Shown piece after piece: positions 1 through 9,686 of a DNA stretch of 64,000 bases. The stretch spans positions 190,868-254,867 of the forward strand of contig NW_027192210.1 in assembly GCF_041956535.1 (NCBI RefSeq), given 5' to 3'. The first letter of the stretch is position 1; each line of letters begins with the position of its first letter. The notes under the pieces are model-generated. The model saw only the letters and a list, made by a program, of their open reading frames with translations. It had not been told where the DNA came from and did not search any database. Origin of the DNA: Calcarisporiella thermophila CBS 279.70 (Eukaryota > Fungi > Calcarisporiellomycota). The position numbers and the translations under genes were made by a program.

Positions 1-583
<583 letters not shown>

Positions 584-820
584 AACAGTTTTCAATGCAA
601 GATATTGGTATTTGACTTTTTTTTTTCTCTCTCTTCTCTTTATCATTCTCTTTTTCTTCGCCCTCTTTTTTTTTTTTCTCCAGCGGTTGTCTATATTTTC
701 GGGGGGATTATAGTGTTTCTTTTTTTTTCCATGGTTGTGATTAATGTTTAATAACAGATGAAAAAGATAATACAACTGGATATAATAACTATCACGAATC
801 AGTGATTTAGTGAGGGACCC

Positions 821-2163
821 CTAAAGGATGCCTAGTGATATTAGAACCCATAGTACGGTGCTTACCACGCGGAGAAGCATATTTCTATTCGGGGAAAGGA
901 GAGAAAAGGATTAGCCATCGAGCCCGAGGGAGCGAAGGGAGGGTGAAAAGGAGGCTCACCGAATGAACTGGTTTTTAGCGTGGTTCATTTCTGTGGATTG
1001 CAGGGACCCCTTCACATTGTCCATACCCCGCTTGAACATGGTTGCTTCACACTTGACTAGGGCGGCCCTCCAGTCGTCCGCACACAGGGCCTCGGCGAGA
1101 TCCGCCGCGTCGAAAAAGGCGGTGTTGGCGCCCATGCCTCGATGGGTCGTCATAGCATGCAGGGCGTCCCCCATGAGGGTGACGCGGCCGGAGGGCTCCA
1201 ACGGATTCACTTGGGTATATTTCATGCACCGAATTGGGCGCGGGCCGTAAATCTCCCTATCGTTCGCGAGAAGCTGATCGAAGATGTAGCAGAGCTCCGG
1301 GTTCCCGCCAAACACCTCCTTTCCTCGCTGCGCAATCCGGGCCTGGATCGCGGCCCGGTCGGCGCCGGAGTCGTCCAGCGGGATGGAGTCGTCTCGGGGA
1401 TAGCTAAAGGCGAACAGGGTGATGGGCTCTCCGTCATGATCGAGGCCCGACCCCAGAAGCAGCGAGTACCTCTGGCTACTGACCACCCTGACCATGTTGC
1501 TCTGTTCTTGGATAAGGCTGGAAACGATGGGGCAGTGCTCCTTCGGCAGGGCGGGAATAAAGCTCCCCACCGACACGAATCCCGTGTCCATCATCTCCAG
1601 GCTGGGGCACCGCTGGGCCCGCACGCGCGATCGCAAGCCATCGGCGCCCACCAGGAAGTCGGCGCGTGCGCTTGTCCCGTCCTCAAACCAAAGGGTCACG
1701 CCATCCTTATCCTCGTCGTAGCGCGTGAACTGCTTGCCCCACTGCACGTTCACCCCCTTGGTGAGTTCGTCCCGGAGCAGAAAACGGCTCACAAGGGCGG
1801 TCGCGGCATGCTTGCTGGGCATAGGCAGGGTGCAAATGTGCTTGAGGTTGGCGTCCTTGAAAACGAAGCCGTCCATGATACGGCTCTGGGCCTGGAAGAA
1901 GGGGGTGAGATGCGGGGCCTTTCGGAGCCGAGGGAGGGAAACGCCGATGAACCAGCCCTGATGGCGAGCTCCGGTCCCCTCATCCCTGAGGTCCAATGCA
2001 TGTCAGGGTCGGTTTTCTCGAATGCGAGCGGAATGGTTGCTTACCTCTCATAGATCGTGACTTCTTTGCCAGAATCGCGAAGACACTGGGCCAGATAGAG
2101 GCCGCCCAGCCCCCCGCCGACAATAGCGATTTTTTGGAGTGGCTTTTCTTGTGGATGGGCCAT
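821..2163 (-). CDS. FAD-dependent (class A, FAD_binding_3-type) monooxygenase with hydrophobic C-terminal tail
   Basis: Exon 1 from ATG 2163: MAHPQEKPLQKIAIVGGGLGGLYLAQCL (GxGxxG). Intron 1986-2044. DG motif LVGADGLRSRVR and GD motif VTLMGDALHAMTTHRGMGANTAFFDA. A second intron (GTGAGC donor near 959) leads to a terminal exon RNMLLRVVSTVLWVLISLGIL*, stop at 821-823. Confidence 0.88.
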
Positions 2164-2399
2164 TGCCTAGAGGAAGAGTAGGGAGAGTGCGAGCTATATT
2201 GAGGTATGTGACTTGCGCGGCCGATCCCTTTTTATCCTGCATGCCCAGCACCGCTGTGGCTCGCCAAGATTGGAGCCCAGTTTCGGATAAACCATATGAG
2301 ACCCGATGGGGAAATTGCCTGACGGAGTTTGAAACGGGCTTGGCCGGATTCCCGGATTGATTGCTGGAGTCGCGGGCCGATCGACCAGCGCTCGCGCTC

Positions 2400-2850
2400 A
2401 AGGGCGAAAAAGCGCCTCCACTGTCGCTCAGCGATCAGCTCATCCACGCTAAAGGTGCGTGCGTCCTACCGTGTGTGCGAGAGAGAGCACATATCCATTG
2501 TCAAGACGTGCTCATCATCGGGTGAATGGCACCGCCATTCCTCTTATGGGCATATTTCTTGGACAACTTCCATATTGCCGAGAACCGGACAGCTTTGGCA
2601 GAAACGCTGCCCAGCACAGCCGCCACAAGTCCTGGCTCACTCTCCTCTCTCGCGCAATAGGTTGTGCCTAGTTTGCGGTGGAAAGTCTACATTAAGCTTG
2701 ACTTGCTTAAAGTTAGAGCTCGTGACGCACCAAAGCCATTGTGACCCACCACCCTCTACTGTGTGGTGGAGCATGGCCTCCTGTCACCACATGCTTGTCG
2801 TCAACTCACTATCCTGCACCGAAGCTCTGAAACTTCCTCACGGCCAATCC
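2400..2850 (-). pseudogene. Possible decayed WD40-repeat gene fragment
   Basis: Minus-strand frames give WD40-like pieces 'VDDKHVVTGGH' and 'MAV..F/SPDDEHVLT', broken by frameshifts and stops. No intact ORF. Confidence 0.3.
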
Positions 2851-4130
2851 CCCTCGATTCAACCTGATCCTTGCGGATTCATTTGAGATTGTGCTCATCC
2901 TATTTTAAGGTTTGTACTCTCCCACCTAGGTCGTCCTATTCACACAGAAGGAATCATGCTAAGAAGAGGGCGATGAGATGTCTAATGCAGCCATATCTCA
3001 AGCCTGCTTGTGATTTTTAATGAATCGACTAACTGGAGGTAGCTGCGGTCAATTGAGAGTTTGGCCAAAGTGGCTGTCAATTTCGCTTAGTTAGAGGAGC
3101 GTGATCCTGATTCTATTTTGCTTGTTAAAGATTTAGTATGGTGGACACGGAGAGATTTCGAATGCTTATGGTTGAGAGTCCGCTAAACAGCCCGTTTCCG
3201 ATCATTCCTTTTGTTTAAAAGGATTATTTTTCTTATGATTTTGATACTGTCTGGAAAGAGAGAGATCCTCGGTTTATCCTTCGCTCTGCGATTTAACCTT
3301 ATCCGCTCGCATTTCCTATACACACTCAATTGCCCTGTGCCTCCGAATCTTGGGGATGGATCGTTTCTCTCTATCGGAATTTATTACTTGAATGCATTGA
3401 GAAACTCGTCTATTTTTTATTTTCCTCACACGTCGACGGGCTCAATAGAAATGAGACTTGGATTCCTCTTTCATCGAGCTAACTGATTCACCGGCAAATC
3501 CCAACGCCGCCTCCTTATGATGTAATTGAAAGAGGGTAAGAATTAGACGGTTAAGAAAAATGATTCGAACCCAACCTCGGTTTCCCAATTTCGATTGGAA
3601 AACAGGACCCACTCATAAGATAGTCCAGGTTCAATAGGGATTGGTCCATGATTTTCCGTTTGCATTCGACGCAGTACCCGGAACTCTGCCCATTTTCATG
3701 TGTGCGGCTCTTTATCAAAGGGAGGAAGAGGGCGTCCTTCTGCAGGACGGATTCATCTATCTCGAGGCACACATGATGTCCTTTATTGCAATATCGAGCC
3801 AAGCAGAGAGCCAAAATAGAATCAAAACCTGGATTTGGAGATCGCTGCTATGATCTCTGAGATTTTAAATTCACCGAGAGAAAAACCCAAGTAAGCCTCC
3901 AGCGCAAATCCTCTGGAGGAAATTTTTTTTTGCGCAGAGATCCTGCCCATCGTTATAAACTCGGTTATTTTTTTCGTGGAGCTCCTTGACCTCTTCGCCT
4001 GTTTTCTTGACGATTAGAGAGCCGGCTCCTGCGTCTTCCTTGGGCAGTGTGTGTTCAAGGAGAAATAAACCGGCGGCCGTTTTCCTATAGGTATAACTGC
4101 ACTGCCTGGCTGGGAAATCTTCCGACCCCG

Positions 4131-4137
4131 TATAAAA
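4131..4137 (+). promoter_or_regulatory. TATA box of the secreted repeat-peptide gene
   Basis: TATAAAA 120 nt upstream of ATG 4251, followed by a CT-rich leader. Confidence 0.55.
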
Positions 4138-4250
4138 GAGCGACCCGCCTCCCCCCTCCCTCCCCACTCCTGTCCGCATATCGCACCCATCTTTTACTAT
4201 CTATCTATTTATACCTTTATATCTATCCATTTACAAAACCAGATAACACT

Positions 4251-4958
4251 ATGAAGCTCTTAAGCTCCACCCTTGTCCTGGTTCTGATCTCAGCCGCGGC
4301 CGCGCTGCCCATCAAGCGCGGGATCCTCGACGGCGCCCTCAATAACCTCGATTTGCTCGATCACATATCCATCGCCAACACCAACATCAATTCCGAGATT
4401 TCGGACGTGGAGAATCGCAATGCCAACACCGATGCCGACGGGGATTGCGACAACAGTGTGATCACCAAGCGCAAAGTCGCCAAGCTTCCTTGGTGGCGGC
4501 GTGGACTCCTCGATGGTGCCCTCAATAACCTCGACTTAATCAGCCATATTTCCATTGCCAACACCAACGTTGACTCGGACGAGTTCACGGCCGAAAACAG
4601 AAACGCCAACACCAAGGCAAGTGGCAAATGCGACAACTCGATCGTGCAAGGCTCAGGGCACCACCACCACCACGACAAGCGTGCCAATGACCGAAAGGAG
4701 AAAGCCTCCGCCCCCCCAAGTCTAGACCGCCGAGGGATCCTCGACGGGTCACTCAATAATGCGGACATCATCGACCACATTTCGCTCCTCAACTCCAACG
4801 TCAATTCCGATAGTTCCACCGCAGAAAACAGAAACGCCAACACAGTAGCGAAGGGCGACTGCGACAACTCGATCTTCCAAGGGGGCAGGCATCGCTGGCA
4901 CAAGCGGCACAAATTCTGCAGGCGAGCAAAGGCCAGCGGGACGCCCGCCCAGGAGTGA
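4251..4958 (+). CDS. Secreted Kex2-processed repeat precursor (KEP-like), 235 aa, three 49-aa Asn-rich units
   Basis: Signal peptide MKLLSSTLVLVLISAAAA, then LPIKR. Units G[IL]LDG[AS]LNNxD..HIS..N.N..S....ENRNANT.A.G.CDNS at 4320-4466, 4503-4649 and 4734-4880, each preceded by KR/RR. Intronless. Confidence 0.9.
   Translation: MKLLSSTLVLVLISAAAALPIKRGILDGALNNLDLLDHISIANTNINSEISDVENRNANTDADGDCDNSVITKRKVAKLPWWRRGLLDGALNNLDLISHISIANTNVDSDEFTAENRNANTKASGKCDNSIVQGSGHHHHHDKRANDRKEKASAPPSLDRRGILDGSLNNADIIDHISLLNSNVNSDSSTAENRNANTVAKGDCDNSIFQGGRHRWHKRHKFCRRAKASGTPAQE
4320..4880 (+). repeat. Three diverged 147-bp coding repeats
   Basis: Units start GGGATCCTCGACGGC, GGACTCCTCGATGGT and GGGATCCTCGACGGG. 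Many differences are synonymous. Confidence 0.9.
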
Positions 4959-6048
4959 ACGTACCCTCGCCCTGGTCGATTCGAGCGTCGAGCATGGAAC
5001 TCCGCGAGAGGTCTAGGACCGGAAGAGTAGATGCCGGGGGACAAATGGGGATCATAGTGCAACAAAATGATGCATCATTTTTAGACTTAGCTTGATGTTT
5101 ACTTTTCTTTATACTAGTCTTTTAGAAAGGATATTAGAAGACCGAGCCTTCTCTTGTACCCTCAGGAGAATTGGGCTTTAATTTCTGGCCTATTTTCACA
5201 TTATGATGTGCTTCTCTCGAGTTTCACTTATATTACCAATAAATCCGCAGCACTTCCTATTTCTCTATCTTTTTTTCTGAAAGAGGGAGGAGGGCGATTC
5301 GATCTTTTCCACGATGCCCCAAAAAAGAAAACCAGGAAGAAAGTCACAATTAATGCAGTATCCTCACTATTGGACCGATGGGATCTCCTTCGGGATCAAA
5401 GCAGAGAACCCGTTTGTGCAGCATTTGCAGCTAGGGGGGGCAAATCCTTCTAACAAAGAGCTTCGAGGGAGGAGAGAAAGCCCTTGTTTTTCTCTTCAAG
5501 GCCTTTCCCAACAGTAGCTCTTCCTGGCGTGCGCTGACTGGGTCTGTCAGAGATTGGGTGTCGAGGACTAAGAAAATTTTCATAAATTGGGAAAAGTTAT
5601 CTAAGCTTTCTTAGATTTGTTTGTCCTTTGGTGTCGGCTGAAACTGTCCCCTCTGCAAGTTAATTTCTCCATCTCTAATCGCGCTGCATTCTCAGCTAAG
5701 GAGTGGTACAGGTCCTCGGTTACCGACTGAATAAAAAAAATATTTTCTGTGACCAAGCAGAGAGGAATTTCCTTCACAGCTCCCTGCCAAACCGCAACAT
5801 AAAATAATTTTCTTTTTTTTTTTTCTACTTTGACTTAACCGGCCGAATAAAAGTGGATACTCTATAGGGCGAGCTGCTCCTCTCGATGTATAATAATTTA
5901 TTTCTAGACGAGATTAGACTTACACTAGGTAAATGGTCTTGTTGACAACCCCGATCCCCCTCCTTTTTTGAATCGATGAATAGCTAACCCCTCCTCCCGT
6001 AATCTCTGGCCTACATTCTATATAATAGATATCCCTTACAGACCATAA

Positions 6049-9000
6049 ATGAAATCGCAGTATAAATCCAAATCCACTCCGAGACGAAAAAGAGCCCACC
6101 TGACGGCCGCTGAAAGACGGGAGAAGCTCTCGACCCGGAATTCGACCACATCTGCAAGCGAGGATGAGGAAGACGAAGACGAAGATAATCATCGCGGCAG
6201 AAATACAAAGAATGGAAGGGGCCGGGCGAGAAAAAGAGAAGAGGAGGACGGAGTATATTGCAAATGTCGGAGAGGATACGATGGAAAAGAATTTATGATC
6301 GGTTGCGATGGATGTCAAGGTACGGGTCATGCTTACCGATATATTTAGAGCACATACAGGATCCTAACTCTCTTCTACCACTCATTCCTGGATTTTCCGG
6401 GGCTTTAGAGTGGTTTCATGGCCGTTGTATTGGCATGACTCCGAGCGAGGCCAAGCTCAACCAGCACTACTTCTGTGATAAATGCCGAGAGGGTATGAAG
6501 AGCGACAGAAGCATAGGGCGAGAAAAACTAAAAGGCAAGAAAATCGCAGCCCCGAAGAAGAAGATGGAGAAGAAATCGCGCAGTGTCAAGAGTAAGCACG
6601 GCCTACTGCCAGATGAAAATATTTTTTTATTCTACTTTTTGCTTATCATCAATCAATCTGGCTCTAATTTCTCCCTCCTAGGTGTACCGCCGACAGTTCC
6701 GATAAAGAAAACCAAATACCCCTCCTCTACATCTCTCCTCGTAAATCCTGTCGGTGCCGAAGAGATCGACGATGACATATGCCCGGTTTGCGAATTCGAG
6801 TGTACTTGTCAGAATCAGCAAAAGCAGGCACCTAACTCCCATGAGTTGCCCCCGATGGGCAAGTGGTCCAGCCAGCCTTCCGCCACCGTGCTCGCGGGAG
6901 GGCAAGCGATGCTGGATTACTTACCGGAAGATGGGGAGGATAGGGTGGACTCGGATGCGTCGACAATAACAGACATAGATGAGGCTGATCGAATACCAAA
7001 TCGCAACCACGCAAAGAGCAAAGGCCGAAGAAGATATGTGTGGGTGGCCGCAGACGGTGACAAGCTCATCGTGGAGCTCAAAAAAGGCCATGATATAGTC
7101 GTTCTCGATGGGCCGCTTCATTTCAGATCGACAAACAGGCCGAGGGGGGCTGGCAAAGGTAAAGGCAAAAGCAATGTGGGGCGACGACGGTCAGCAACGG
7201 TCCTTTCATCAGGCTCGGAGGTGTCTATTGGGTTAGAGGGAGAAACATTAAGTGCAAGCGAAGAGGACGATGTCGGCGACGATGTGGATATGGTGCTGGA
7301 GGAAGAAAGATATTTGATTGGGCAATTTGAGGCTGAAGCATCGAGTGATAACTCTGATATTGATGATGATGATGATGAAGAGGAGGACGAGGAGGAAGAG
7401 GAAGAGGATGAGAATTGGGATGAGGACGAAGAGGAGGACGACGAGGAGGATGCGGGCAAAGCGAGCGACGACGAAGGCGCTCGTGACTATGTATTGACTC
7501 GAATAGAGAGTGAAAAGCTTGTGATCGAGACACAAATAGAAATCGGAGAAGAGGAAGAGGAGGAAGGGGACGAGGGTTATAGACGATTAGCGAGGTGGAG
7601 CGATTCGGACTGGGGCAGTGAGGAGGAATTAGAGGAGTCTTGGTTTGTAGACACAATAGAATCGAGTCGAAGCGATGCAGATACCGAGTATGACCGGGAT
7701 GGAGAGGACGACGAGGACGGGGATGAGAGTGAAAATGAGCACGGACCCGAGGATGGCCACTTTCGCGATGTCGAGTTTGCCGGCGCGGGCGCTTCACTCC
7801 TGGATTTATCTCCCGAAGCCATTGTTGCACTGCAAGCCATGCCCTCCGAATATGGTCTGGATATGGATACCTCAGCTGATGGCCCAGCTCAAAAAGACGA
7901 TCGCATCTTGCGGATGTTTGGGGAGCAGTTCGCGGCCCTGGGCTCAACTCCAACTTCGCCTTCTCTGCTGCCGCTATCTCAGCCCACACCGGTACAGGAT
8001 AGAATGGACGCAAGACATGCCCGAGATTTAGTATCGGCTTTGGTGCGTGCCAGCACTTCACAAGTGGCTGCGGGCAGCTCTGGGAAACGGGGGAGGGAGG
8101 TTTTAGCCTCCGCTGGTGACTCATCTCTGCCCGTTGGATCACGGCAAATTCTCCCACGGTTCACCCCATCCTCTCCCGAGATGAATAAGGCCGTGATCGA
8201 GGGGTCCTCGGGAGCAAGAGTGGCGGGCAGCGAGAAGAAAAGATTGAGCGTAGAGGTGAGAGCGCTATTTTCCCTAACCCCGTTTTCAGACCCTAATTCT
8301 GATCTATTGTATCGTCTTCCCGTAGTATTTCATGGGCGGTGCCAAGCGAAAACGCAGTTCGCTCAGTCTTCCTGCCTCGTTTGCCAGTGCTGAACTCGGG
8401 GCCTCCTATGCCGCGGCCCCAGCAGGATCCACGGAACCCAATGAACGCGAGCCGTCTCCGGTTCCGATCGACGAGATTGTGGACACTGAGCAGCTCGATC
8501 TGACGCCGTCGCGCTCCCCCTCCTCTGAACCCACTAGCCCCGCAAACCAACGACTCCTCAAAAACCTTTCGCGGTGGGAGCGCATTCCCATCGGTGCCTT
8601 CCGCCGCTCCCGACGCCTGTCTTCGGCCCCCTTTATCCCCATCACCAAGGCGCTGAAGTCCTCGGCAGTGAATACAACGCTCTTAGGGAGCGAAAATTAC
8701 CGACGTCATCCACACCACTACCAGCATTTTCACATTCATCACTATCACCACTACCACTTCTCCTCTTCGCGGAATTTCCATTACACAAACACCACCGCCA
8801 CTTCCACTGCCTCCGCACAGAACACTACCAAAGACGACTTGGAGCTTGTCTTGGCGGACGAGGTTAGCAAGCCCCCCTCCTCTGCCTGCTCGACGCCGTT
8901 GCACTCGCCTCTCTTCTCGGGAATGATTGTGGGGCGCGGATGCCCTCCCTTCAGTCTAGATGGGGACGACTTGATCGACGACGAGCTGGCGCTAGACCCA

Positions 9001-9141
9001 TTTACCGGGTTGGAAGAGGTAAATACGGGCGGAGGAATTCGCCGGAGGGCGAGTGTAAGGGGGGAAAAGCGGAAAAAGGGAAAGAAGAAGAGGTTAGGAA
9101 GAAGAACAAAAGGGGTGATGTGGAATGTGGGCCTGAATTGA
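6049..9141 (+). CDS. PHD-finger protein with Cys4 motif, long acidic tract and C-terminal RWERIPIGAFRRSR motif; putative transcription regulator (possibly IFH1/CRF1-related)
   Basis: PHD finger YCKCRRGYDGKEFMIGCDGCQ|EWFHGRCIGM...YFCDKC, then CPVCEFECTC and a D/E tract at about 7340-7750. Introns 6320-6408, 6592-6681 and 8256-8325 join the ORFs in frame. Confidence 0.85.
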
Positions 9142-9686
9142 CTCTTCGCTTTCTGAGTTTACACATTAATTTTACCTACAGATTTGCAGATACATATATA
9201 TTATTTATTATTTTATTTTTATTTGGACGAAAAAAAAACTTTTTTTTTTCCTCTGACAGTATATATATACTTTCCAAATGCTTGCCAGTTTCTTTTTTTT
9301 TTGCTTTTCTTCTTGATTTATACTTTTTTACATGAAATCAAAATACACATAATTAATCCTATAGCACCCTGCGTAGCGTTGGTTTAGAAACGGACCAGGG
9401 TGGTGAGAGGCCCACACCATTGCGCCAATGCCCGCACTCGACCAAAACCAGCTAACCGCACTCCATTGGAGACCACGAAACAAAGCATTGATTTCTTCAC
9501 TCTCTCCTCGAAAATCGCCTCTTTCCAATTACAAATAAATGAAAAATTGTCATAATTAGGAATAAAATTCTGATTCGGATCAAATGAAAAGGCACCAGAA
9601 AAAAAAATAAGCTGCCAGTTACCAAAGTCGCTTCCCCCCTTCTTTAATCAACCTTGGTTGAGTGTGGTGTTCAATACGTATAGATC

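Noticed and set aside
1142-2053. Long antisense ORFs (e.g. 1142-2053, 4361-5065, 7225-8157, 33510-34205, 37607-38605, 55074-55982)
   Set aside because: They are shadows of real genes on the opposite strand and carry no motifs of their own.
4047-4250. 68-aa N-terminal extension of the repeat precursor shown in the ORF track
   Set aside because: It starts at a non-ATG codon and spans the TATA box. ATG 4251 directly begins a clean signal peptide.
4320-4880. Repeats as a CRISPR array or transposon remnant
   Set aside because: The repeats are in-frame 147-bp coding units with synonymous divergence in a eukaryotic locus. There are no cas genes or terminal repeats.
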